This document shows, piece by piece, positions 7,536 to 15,364 of a stretch of DNA of 45,878 nt (position 1 is its first letter; every line of letters starts with the position of its first letter). A program made the position numbers and the translations under genes. The notes beneath the pieces are model-generated. The model had not been told where the DNA came from. It searched no databases and saw only the letters and a program-made list of their open reading frames with translations. Where the stretch lies: positions 1-45,878 of IMG/VR virus record IMGVR_UViG_3300046103_002528. One strand, written 5' to 3'. This DNA comes from a virus. Taxonomy: Duplodnaviria; Caudoviricetes.

Positions 7536-7609
7536 GTTCCTGTAGCATAATTGGACAATGCAACGGTCTTCTAAACCGTAGATTGCAGGTTCGAGTCCTG
7601 CCAGGAACG
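7536..7609 (+). tRNA. tRNA-Arg(TCT)
   Basis: GTTCCTG/CAGGAAC-G acceptor, ACGGT-CT-TCT-AA-ACCGT anticodon arm, GCAGG-TTCGAGT-CCTGC T-arm. Confidence 0.95.
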
Positions 7610-7614
7610 CTTCA

Positions 7615-7776
7615 ATGAAAAGAAAAAAGTTACCAAAGTCTCTCACACCCAATAAAAAACCTTTCAGTGAAAAAGATTTAGAAGAGTTTAAGGAATTGGG
7701 TTGGAGTCCGTCACTGAAGTCTCTCAATAATAAACCTTCTCAGAAGTGGTCTAAAAAAAAGAAGAAGAGAAAATGA
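7615..7776 (+). CDS. Small Lys-rich hypothetical protein (53 aa)
   Basis: MKRKKLPKSL...KKKKKRK; ATGA overlap with the next ORF. Confidence 0.5.
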   Translation: MKRKKLPKSLTPNKKPFSEKDLEEFKELGWSPSLKSLNNKPSQKWSKKKKKRK

Positions 7777-7985
7777 ATGAACATCTTCATAAAAAATTAG
7801 ATAAATTAATCAAACAAAGGTCTTTACTTAAACGACAAATAAAGAATCGGCATCGTTACAGCAAGGACGATTTGCGATGGAAATTGCAACCAAATTGGAA
7901 TCCTGCAAAAGATTTAGAGGAAAAATTTGACGAGATTGTAGAAGAAATAAGATGTCTTGAAAAACATCTGAACGAGGATATGTAA
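7773..7985 (+). CDS. Hypothetical coiled-coil protein
   Basis: 70-aa ORF in a tightly packed run. Confidence 0.6.
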   Translation: MNEHLHKKLDKLIKQRSLLKRQIKNRHRYSKDDLRWKLQPNWNPAKDLEEKFDEIVEEIRCLEKHLNEDM

Positions 7986-8156
7986 ATGATTGACGCACTC
8001 GTAAAAGCACTACCACTAATTGCCGCATTGCTCTACTTCATTGTAGGTGTCGGTTACTTTATGAAGAAAGAATATGCGTGGAGTCTTGTTTGGATTTCTT
8101 ACGCACTTGCAAACATTGGATTGGTATTGGCTGCCAGTGGGGAAGTTATTAAATGA
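7986..8156 (+). CDS. Small two-TM membrane protein (56 aa)
   Basis: MIDALVKALPLIAALLYFIVGVGYF...WISYALANIGLVLAA; GAGG RBS; ATGA overlap downstream. Confidence 0.65.
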   Translation: MIDALVKALPLIAALLYFIVGVGYFMKKEYAWSLVWISYALANIGLVLAASGEVIK

Positions 8157-8509
8157 AGATTTATGTTCACGGTGGGAAGAAGTATCACAAGGATATCACT
8201 CGAAGCGTAATCGAATGGTGTTTGGATTTTTTCAATCTTCCTGAGAAGATGAAAATCTCTGTGGACCTTATCGAGAGACGAAAGGATATTGATTGTTGGG
8301 GTGAGTGTGAAGAGGGAAAGAACAAGCACGAATATAACATCAAGATTGTTTACGACCAGACACTCAGAGATTTTATGGCAACCATCACCCACGAACTGGT
8401 ACACGTTAAGCAGTGGGAAACTGGTGAGTGGGAAGGTGACGGAGAGAAGGAAGCAGAAATGTTTCAGTACATTCTTGCTGACCAAATCTGGAGGAAAGTG
8501 AAATTGTAG
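8153..8509 (+). CDS. Small HExxH zinc metallopeptidase-like protein
   Basis: TITHELVHVKQW...EKEA motif. Confidence 0.8.
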   Translation: MKIYVHGGKKYHKDITRSVIEWCLDFFNLPEKMKISVDLIERRKDIDCWGECEEGKNKHEYNIKIVYDQTLRDFMATITHELVHVKQWETGEWEGDGEKEAEMFQYILADQIWRKVKL

Positions 8510-8517
8510 TATACATA
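8510..8517 (+). promoter_or_regulatory. T4-like late promoter variant TATACATA
   Basis: Sits immediately before the tmRNA acceptor piece; the same octamer precedes several late genes. Confidence 0.55.
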
Positions 8518-8521
8518 AAAT

Positions 8522-8834
8522 GGTATCGTTGATATCGGAGTAAAAGTTATCGAACACGGGAGTTCGAATCTCCCCGCCTCCACCAGAGGCACCCTAGCCT
8601 AGTTATATTCTTACATAACACATTTTTTTTCAAAAAGAACAGGTAACCCACCAATGCTAGGGTGTCTCTGATGGGGGCGAATGGAATCGATTCGGTAGTA
8701 AGTAACGAAGAAGTAGATACCCAAGGTTGGCAACGAGGCTTGACAAAAGCGTTGCAAAAACTTAACTGACAACAGTTATTCAATGGCCGCTTGAGCGGCT
8801 ACGGACCCTTGGGTGGGGGCAACCCCGCCCAAGG
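8522..8834 (+). ncRNA. ssrA: Circularly permuted (two-piece) tmRNA
   Basis: T-arm and CGCCTCC-A-CCA (ending 8585) come before the 5' GGGGGCG (8673); G3-U70 pair; PK1; tag ORF DNSYSMAA* at 8768-8794; terminal GC hairpin. Confidence 0.92.
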
Positions 8835-8853
8835 CATTTAAAGGAGAATTATT

Positions 8854-9066
8854 ATGAGTGAATATCACCACACCAAGATTAGCGTAGACAATGTATCAGT
8901 AGACCTTCTGTTAACAGAAGAACAAGTAAAAGATGCCGCGGAGAGAGCAATCCTTGAAGCGGAACACGTTCCTTCCGATGCAAATTCGGCCTGGCCTATA
9001 GAATGCAGAAACACCAAATGCGGATTGCTTAGATGGATTATGGGCAAGTGCTGTGATTGCAAATGA
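8854..9066 (+). CDS. Hypothetical protein with Cys-rich C-terminus
   Basis: AAGGAG RBS; ends CRNTKC...KCCDCK. Confidence 0.7.
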   Translation: MSEYHHTKISVDNVSVDLLLTEEQVKDAAERAILEAEHVPSDANSAWPIECRNTKCGLLRWIMGKCCDCK

Positions 9067-9260
9067 GTGGCAGGCACGGTGCGGGTAAAGGCGATAGGTA
9101 TCGTCAAGTAGACCCGAAGAAGTATGCTGAGAATTACGAAAAGGCATTTCCTAAAAAGAAAAGCAAGAAGAAGAATCCCAAAAAGGGATTGATGCAACCA
9201 GGCGGAATCATCGATTATACTGATATCCCCCAAGAAGATGATAGAAAACAAGATTCATAA
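9063..9260 (+). CDS. Small basic phage protein (GKGDxxR..D...Y..NY motif)
   Basis: ATGA overlap with the upstream ORF; recurrent phage motif GAGKGDRYRQVDPKKYAENYEKAF. Confidence 0.65.
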   Translation: MSGRHGAGKGDRYRQVDPKKYAENYEKAFPKKKSKKKNPKKGLMQPGGIIDYTDIPQEDDRKQDS

Positions 9261-9606
9261 ACTGACTGGTGTTGCTCTTCCAGTGTCTCTGGAAATTCCT
9301 CGTCCGAAGAAGCACGTTTCTCTTATCGTTCGCAAGAATGAAATTGTGTCTGTCGGTACGAACAACTTTCGGACGCATCCTCTGGCGAAGAAGTATGGAT
9401 ATAGATTTGACGAAGTGCATTCTGAATTGGATGCACTTCTTCGTTATAGAGGACCAAAGGATAACCTAGTTCTTCTAAACTATCGATTCAATCGCTTTGG
9501 TGATATGCGAATGAGTAAGCCTTGTTGTTTTTGTTTGCCTTGGTGTAATGCCATCTTTGATGAGATGTGGTATAGCACCAACGAGGGAATGGTTAACCTT
9601 CAATAG
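9238..9606 (+). CDS. Zn-dependent cytidine/deoxycytidylate deaminase-family protein
   Basis: HSE...SKPCCFC (HxE/PCxxC) and SVGTN. Confidence 0.85.
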   Translation: MIENKIHKLTGVALPVSLEIPRPKKHVSLIVRKNEIVSVGTNNFRTHPLAKKYGYRFDEVHSELDALLRYRGPKDNLVLLNYRFNRFGDMRMSKPCCFCLPWCNAIFDEMWYSTNEGMVNLQ

Positions 9607-10130
9607 CAAATATTGCCATATGGCCATAATCCGATGCAAGTAGTGTTTCCTTCAAACTTGTCAATTAGATTCTCGTTGTAAGTTGTATAGTCTACTGGTT
9701 GATGTGGTTGGTTCAACCAAGTATCAATCCAAACATAATTATAATTTCCAGTTATTTTCCAAGTCGTAATGTCGTCGTGAATCAGCGTGAAAGATGAATC
9801 TTTCGGGCAGGCGTCCCATACCAAGTCGATAACATCCTGATACTTTTCGACGACAGTAACAGATGTAACATTTGGATTGTCGATTAATTTTTGATGGACC
9901 ATACCAAGACCTAAACCACCAATGAGAACATCACCAGTTGCACCATCCCAAAGTGGTTGGTGTTCGGCATATTCTTTATGGGTGTCTTGCATAATACGGT
10001 CACCATCTTTATATAAGAAAGTGTAATCTGCAAGAGGTTCGGTTTCGAATGCAACAATGTCAGTATTTTCTACTTTGATTTCAAAGTCGCCACTAGTTGC
10101 TTCTGGAATGTCTACGATTATTCTAGTCAT
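9600..10130 (-). CDS. Class I SAM-dependent methyltransferase / spermidine-synthase-like protein
   Basis: VLIGGLGLG, VTVVE, WIDTW motifs. Confidence 0.8.
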   Translation of the reverse strand: MTRIIVDIPEATSGDFEIKVENTDIVAFETEPLADYTFLYKDGDRIMQDTHKEYAEHQPLWDGATGDVLIGGLGLGMVHQKLIDNPNVTSVTVVEKYQDVIDLVWDACPKDSSFTLIHDDITTWKITGNYNYVWIDTWLNQPHQPVDYTTYNENLIDKFEGNTTCIGLWPYGNICY

Positions 10131-10138
10131 TGAATTTC

Positions 10139-10840
10139 CTAAGTAATTATTACGGCGCCTATGCCACCATCGAGATGCACAACGGCCGCTGTGTCACCTG
10201 TTCCGCCAGTTCCATAACCTCCACTGGCAGGATAGCCTGGGATACCAGAGTTGCCCTTCTCTTCGCCATCTGCACCTGTTGTGCCTGTTGCGTTTGCGTG
10301 ATATGAGAAAGTACCACCATCTGAGTGTGTTCCCCCATAGCCCACGGAAATTGAATCGTTGTCTCCGCCGAATCCTCCGAACGCATTATAGGCTGTACCA
10401 CCGTAGGTGAATGTTGTATTCCCACCAGTCCCTCCATCTCTACTTGTGCCGCCACCCCCAACGATGCCCGCTGTACCACCAGTACCAACTGAGAATGTCA
10501 GTTGCGTTTTACTTGGAATTTCATCCAATGTAACTACAAGTTTAGCGCCGGCGCCGCCGGCACCACCTTCGTTGAAGCCAGAACGGCCCGATTGACCTTT
10601 ACCTCCACCACCACCGCCACCGTACATTGTTACAGTAAGGGTATCAACGCCTCTTGGAACAGTGAATATGTGTGTGCCTTGTGTTAGATATGAAGCATTG
10701 GCTCCAACTTGTGAAGGAGTTACATCCATTGAGGGAGACTTAGAAGGGTCTCTTCTAATCTTCACCTGCCTGAGAAGGGAAAAATTTCTAGTGTTTCCCT
10801 TTTTTGAGCCTTTACCGCTTCTGAAATTTGATAATCCCAT
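10139..10840 (-). CDS. Glycine-rich domain protein (virion/tail-associated type)
   Basis: FTVPRGV..L.V...GGGGGGG...VGTGG...GGNTTF...AFGG pattern. Confidence 0.8.
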   Translation of the reverse strand: MGLSNFRSGKGSKKGNTRNFSLLRQVKIRRDPSKSPSMDVTPSQVGANASYLTQGTHIFTVPRGVDTLTVTMYGGGGGGGKGQSGRSGFNEGGAGGAGAKLVVTLDEIPSKTQLTFSVGTGGTAGIVGGGGTSRDGGTGGNTTFTYGGTAYNAFGGFGGDNDSISVGYGGTHSDGGTFSYHANATGTTGADGEEKGNSGIPGYPASGGYGTGGTGDTAAVVHLDGGIGAVIIT

Positions 10841-10849
10841 ATGTTTTTC

Positions 10850-11206
10850 CTAGTTCGCTATGAAGTCTAACTTGACGGCACCGAAGAAAGAACCACTCTT
10901 TTTTACCACAACATCAGATAATATTCGAACACCAACAAAAACTTGTTCGCCAGATTTTAATTGAAATCCTGTTCCAGCAGTTCCAGCAGACATAGTTGAA
11001 ATGTGTATTTTACCAGCGCCAGTAAAATTACTTTTACATAGAACCCCTACTTCACAAGTGATGCCAGTTGCGGCGGGTACTAATTTTCCCCAAGCAGTGC
11101 CGATTACTGGTTGTCCAGCAGTGGCAGCATCAAAAACTTGCCAAGTACGGATATCCGTGAAATTCGGACGATGTGGATAAACGGGGTAGGCTGAGTTGTC
11201 TGTCAT
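10850..11206 (-). CDS. Small beta-rich protein, paralog A (putative structural)
   Basis: Shares its first 21 aa and GTAGTGFQL with the 11221-11574 ORF. Confidence 0.75.
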   Translation of the reverse strand: MTDNSAYPVYPHRPNFTDIRTWQVFDAATAGQPVIGTAWGKLVPAATGITCEVGVLCKSNFTGAGKIHISTMSAGTAGTGFQLKSGEQVFVGVRILSDVVVKKSGSFFGAVKLDFIAN

Positions 11207-11577
11207 AATCTATCCCCTTATCAACTAGCGATGTATGTTGCTGAACCGTTGTTCGCCGATGCTTTAACCCACAAATCGTGGAGACATCGAACTTCAATAA
11301 AAATTTCTTCGTCTTGTCCTAATTGAAAGCCAGTTCCTGCTGTTCCAGATGAAGTGGTAGCGACAAAAATATTTGCTGAGTTGGCAAAGAGATTTTTGAC
11401 TCTAACTCCATTCTCAAGCGTAATTCCAGACGCACCAGTGTGTAGTAACTCCCAAGTAGTGTTTGAAATTGCCGCATTGGTATCCGCTACTAAGGGGTCG
11501 AATATCTGCATTGTACGAATATCTGTGAAATTCGGACGATGTGGATAAACGGGGTAGGCTGAATTGTCTGTCATAAT
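11157..11577. repeat. Direct repeat of ~53 bp (11157-11209 and 11525-11577)
   Basis: GTGAAATTCGGACGATGTGGATAAACGGGGTAGGCTGA(G/A)TTGTCTGTCATAAT, one mismatch; covers the 5' ends of both paralogs. Confidence 0.95.
11221..11574 (-). CDS. Small beta-rich protein, paralog B (putative structural)
   Basis: Tandem paralog; minus-strand TATACATA at 11606-11613 upstream. Confidence 0.75.
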   Translation of the reverse strand: MTDNSAYPVYPHRPNFTDIRTMQIFDPLVADTNAAISNTTWELLHTGASGITLENGVRVKNLFANSANIFVATTSSGTAGTGFQLGQDEEIFIEVRCLHDLWVKASANNGSATYIAS

Positions 11578-11648
11578 AGTTTTCCTTCTTTTCTAGGTTA
11601 CCTTATATGTATAAAAGCATATATAGTATGTATAATTAAGGATGACAT

Positions 11649-12860
11649 ATGAAGACAATTTCTCAATACATTCCAGAGTCTAAGAATACTCATTTAGAGC
11701 ATATCGAAGATGCTGTGTGGAACGAGGGTTCAGCAGGTGTTGAAACTGCACTGGCTTTTCTAGAGTCAGTAGCAGATATGCTTAACGGAAACGCCAAATC
11801 AAAGGTAAACGTAACTGTCAAATGGGACGGTGCGCCTGCTGTATTTGCAGGGATACATCCCGAAACAAAGAAATTCTTCGTTGGTACAAAATCTATCTTT
11901 AATCTTATCCCAAAGATTAATTACACAAATGCGGACATTGACAAAAATCACGGTGATGCGCCAGGACTAGTTCCTAAACTAAAAATGGCACTGAAGTATC
12001 TCGGTAAACTGGGAATTCGAGGAATTCTTCAGGGGGATATTATGTTCACTAAGGGTGATACATCAAAACAAACCATTGATGGCGAAAAGTATATTGTTTT
12101 CCAACCAAATACAATCGCATATGCAGTTCCCGCAGATTCCGATTTGGCAACAAAAATTACTAACGCAAAGATAGGAGTGGTATGGCACACAAATTATACA
12201 GGAAAAACGATTAAGGATTTGAGAGCATCATTTAATCCGCAAGTAAGTAAACTTGCAACAACTAGGGATGTTTGGTTTAGTGATGCTGATTTCAAAGACA
12301 CATCAGGTACAGCAACATTTACAAAATCAGAAACAACCGATTTAGAATCAAAAATAGATGGGGTTCGTAAAACTGCCTCAAAGCACAGTAAGTTCATCAA
12401 TGAACTTCAAGGAAAGAGTGCAATTATTTCCGAACTTAAAATCTTTGGCAACAGTCTCATCCGTCAGGGAGCCGGCGGGACCGAATCTACAGAGGGATTC
12501 ATAATACATCTGAATTCCAAAATGCAGAAAGCCATAGACTCAGTAAAGACAGACGCCGCAAAAAAGCGTAAGGAATCTCAATTTAAAGAACTAGTTACAT
12601 ATTTGAGTAACAACTCTACCAGACTAGATTCACTGTTCGCAATGCGGGAATCTTTAGTGAGCATCAAAATTATGATGATAAATAAGTTGAAAGCCGTTAA
12701 GGGTATTGGTACTTTTATCAAGACAGATAGCGGATTTAAAGTTACTGCCCCAGAAGGTTTTGTTGCAGTCGATAGACTATCAAACAAAGCATTAAAACTG
12801 GTGGACAGATTAGAATTTTCAATGCAGAATTTTACTGCAACAAAGAACTGGGACAAATAA
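11649..12860 (+). CDS. Conserved T4-like protein (DUF6267-like) with ligase-type nucleotidyltransferase motifs
   Basis: TVKWDG (motif I), LQGD (III), PEGFV (IV), KLVDR (V); N-terminus MKTISQYIPE resembles a capsid-targeting leader. Confidence 0.8.
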   Translation: MKTISQYIPESKNTHLEHIEDAVWNEGSAGVETALAFLESVADMLNGNAKSKVNVTVKWDGAPAVFAGIHPETKKFFVGTKSIFNLIPKINYTNADIDKNHGDAPGLVPKLKMALKYLGKLGIRGILQGDIMFTKGDTSKQTIDGEKYIVFQPNTIAYAVPADSDLATKITNAKIGVVWHTNYTGKTIKDLRASFNPQVSKLATTRDVWFSDADFKDTSGTATFTKSETTDLESKIDGVRKTASKHSKFINELQGKSAIISELKIFGNSLIRQGAGGTESTEGFIIHLNSKMQKAIDSVKTDAAKKRKESQFKELVTYLSNNSTRLDSLFAMRESLVSIKIMMINKLKAVKGIGTFIKTDSGFKVTAPEGFVAVDRLSNKALKLVDRLEFSMQNFTATKNWDK

Positions 12861-12873
12861 AAGGAGACGCCCA

Positions 12874-13002
12874 ATGACATTAGCATTTTTAAGCGAAACA
12901 CTAGGAACCGTATGGTGGAGCATTCTCTGCTTCGGCGTTGGCGCACTTATCGGTGCCCCGCTATTCAACTGGCTCAAGTCTAAGGCACCTTGGAATAAAT
13001 GA
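12874..13002 (+). CDS. Small single-TM protein (42 aa)
   Basis: AAGGAG RBS; MTLAFLSETLGTVWWSILCFGVGALIGAPLFNWLKSKAPWNK; ATGA overlap downstream. Confidence 0.7.
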   Translation: MTLAFLSETLGTVWWSILCFGVGALIGAPLFNWLKSKAPWNK

Positions 13003-15044
13003 GTAAATCCGTCAGAACATTTCTGAATGAAGAAACGAAGGCTATCGTTGTAACCTTCGGACGATTCCAACCACCCACGATTGGTCATAAAAAACTAATC
13101 GATGCGGTGGTCGGAGTCGCCCGCAAGGAAAGAGCAGAGCATCGAATCTATCCTAGTCGCAGTAACGATAAGAAAAAGAATCCGTTACAGCCAAAAGACA
13201 AGGTTCGCTTTATGAAGAAAATGTTTAAGGGAGCGAATATCATTGATGATGATTCGATTAAAAATCCCTTTGCAATGATGAAACAACTATCCGACGAAGG
13301 GTATAAGAAAGTTATTCTTGTCGTTGGTGGTGATAGAGTTAGTGCATTCGACAAACAAATTAGACCATATATCGGACACAAAGACCCAAAGAAGAGATAC
13401 GATTTTGATGAGTTTGAAGTTCGTAGTGCAGGAGAAAGAGACCCCGATGCCGAAGGTGTTGAGGGTATGTCCGCCTCGAAGATGCGAGCGGCAGTAGAAA
13501 CTGGCGACTACGAAAGTTTTGAAGGCGGTGTTGGCAACAAAGCAGTTGCCAAACAATTATACAAGGCACTTAAGAAAGCAATGGGTATTAAAGAATCACT
13601 CGCCGGCGATTGGGACAATCTTATTCAATTAGAAGAAGGAACAGATAAGTCTCCTTGTCTTATTGCAATTACCAAGTCATCTTCCTCAGACGAAAAGTCT
13701 GATACGATTGTTCGAATAGAAAAAGCCTGCAAGAAGCGAGGCGTTCCTTTCTATCCTGTTCACACAGACCACGCATTTATTGTAGACAAAGATATGGACG
13801 ACACAGAACTAGTCATTCATAATTACAATGGCGAAGGAAAGAACATTCGGCTCAAAACAGACAACACAGTTTGTTTGGTTCGTGGTGGTGCATTGGTTGA
13901 TAATGCAGGAATGGGTTTGGTAAAGGTACTTCAGGAAGCAGGTATGTTCACAGTGAACGACCTAGAGTCTATGAAATTCTGCCAAAACAAAATGAGTACT
14001 GCACTTGCACTCGAACAAAATCAAATCTCTTCCCCAAGAACAGCCTTTGTAAACGGCGAAGATTCGATTGAGATTGCATTGGACAAAATCGGCGGAAAAT
14101 TCCCCGTTATCGTCAAGACAATAACTGGTGCTGAAGGTATCGGAGTGATGAAGATTGAGTCTCAGGAGTCCCTCAAGAGCGTCCTACAGACTCTCTGGAA
14201 GCAAGATGCAGAGGTTATCCTTCAGGAGTATATGAAGATTACTCACGATGTACGCACCCTTGTATTGGATGGTAAAATTATTGCAGCCGTTAAACGCATC
14301 AAAGGCAATAAAGATTTCCGAACCAACAAGGCATTAGGTAGCGATACGGCTCCATACAAATTAAGCAAAGCCGAACGAGAACTCGTAATGAAAGCCTACA
14401 AAATGTCAGGCTGTTATTTTGCTGGTGTTGACCATATCACCAATAAGGGAACTCATTATATTCTTGAAGTGAATGGCTCTCCTGGCTCTGGTGCGGCCCC
14501 ATATATGGGATTCGAACCAACACGAGAATTATCCAGCGACAATCTAATCAATATCATTCTGGACCACATTCTCAACAAAGAGAATTGGAAGTTTACTGCG
14601 AAAGAAATTGGTTACATAGAATATATTACTGTCGATGGTGTTGGTAAATTGAAAGCCAAAGTAGACACAGGAAATGGTTCGGTAAACGCCATCGGTGCAA
14701 CCAATATAAAACAAGAAGGAAAGAATGTATCTTTCAGTATTCTTGGCAAAAAGTTTACCAAACCAATCTTACAGACTCAGAGAATCAATATTGGTTCTGA
14801 CCAATGGGAGACTCGCTTCATTGTATACTTTGATGTGAAGTTTGGTAAGAAAGAATACAAGGATGTGAAGTTCAACTTGAGTCATCGAGATGACAACACA
14901 TACAAAGTACTCATCGGAAAAAGATTCCTTGAGTTACTCAACTATAGCGTGAATGTGCAAAAGACATTTACCCTCTCAGAATCCAAGCAAATACAGTTAG
15001 AATCACTAGATGTCAATTTCGGCTTCGAACTGATTCAACTATAA
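12999..15044 (+). CDS. Fusion of HIGH-motif cytidylyltransferase-like domain, RimK ATP-grasp ligase and retropepsin-like (RimK-associated) protease
   Basis: FGRFQPPTIGH and MSASKMR; PVIVKTITGAEGIGV, LQEY, FAGVD, ILEVNGSPG; AKVDTGN...VLIGKRFL. Confidence 0.88.
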   Translation: MSKSVRTFLNEETKAIVVTFGRFQPPTIGHKKLIDAVVGVARKERAEHRIYPSRSNDKKKNPLQPKDKVRFMKKMFKGANIIDDDSIKNPFAMMKQLSDEGYKKVILVVGGDRVSAFDKQIRPYIGHKDPKKRYDFDEFEVRSAGERDPDAEGVEGMSASKMRAAVETGDYESFEGGVGNKAVAKQLYKALKKAMGIKESLAGDWDNLIQLEEGTDKSPCLIAITKSSSSDEKSDTIVRIEKACKKRGVPFYPVHTDHAFIVDKDMDDTELVIHNYNGEGKNIRLKTDNTVCLVRGGALVDNAGMGLVKVLQEAGMFTVNDLESMKFCQNKMSTALALEQNQISSPRTAFVNGEDSIEIALDKIGGKFPVIVKTITGAEGIGVMKIESQESLKSVLQTLWKQDAEVILQEYMKITHDVRTLVLDGKIIAAVKRIKGNKDFRTNKALGSDTAPYKLSKAERELVMKAYKMSGCYFAGVDHITNKGTHYILEVNGSPGSGAAPYMGFEPTRELSSDNLINIILDHILNKENWKFTAKEIGYIEYITVDGVGKLKAKVDTGNGSVNAIGATNIKQEGKNVSFSILGKKFTKPILQTQRINIGSDQWETRFIVYFDVKFGKKEYKDVKFNLSHRDDNTYKVLIGKRFLELLNYSVNVQKTFTLSESKQIQLESLDVNFGFELIQL

Positions 15045-15073
15045 GCCAATATACATATTATGGAGAAAACAAT

Positions 15074-15364
15074 ATGAACCCATTTTTTAATAAACCAGAT
15101 AACGTAACAAACGATATTGCAGACTTACTCGGCAAGAACAAGCAAGCAAGGATTGATGCTATTCCAGATACAGTAAGGAACGCGGCGAAAGCGGCAGGTT
15201 CTGAACTGAAGGGGATGGGAAAACAACCAAACGAAACAAGAACTACCGTGTACAACAAACATCTATCAAAGGCTGTTGGTAATGATAATGTGACGCCAAA
15301 TACAAGACAAAGTTTTGAAACAATGGCAGACCAGGAATACAACAGCCCCACAGATACAGAATGA
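15074..15364 (+). CDS. Hypothetical late protein
   Basis: TATACATA at 15050-15057 and GGAG RBS upstream. Confidence 0.7.
   Translation: MNPFFNKPDNVTNDIADLLGKNKQARIDAIPDTVRNAAKAAGSELKGMGKQPNETRTTVYNKHLSKAVGNDNVTPNTRQSFETMADQEYNSPTDTE

Noticed and set aside
8547-8585. Truncated tRNA-Ala or attP-like tRNA 3' fragment
   Set aside because: Its complementary 5' half, PK1 and a tag ORF lie just downstream, so a permuted tmRNA explains it fully
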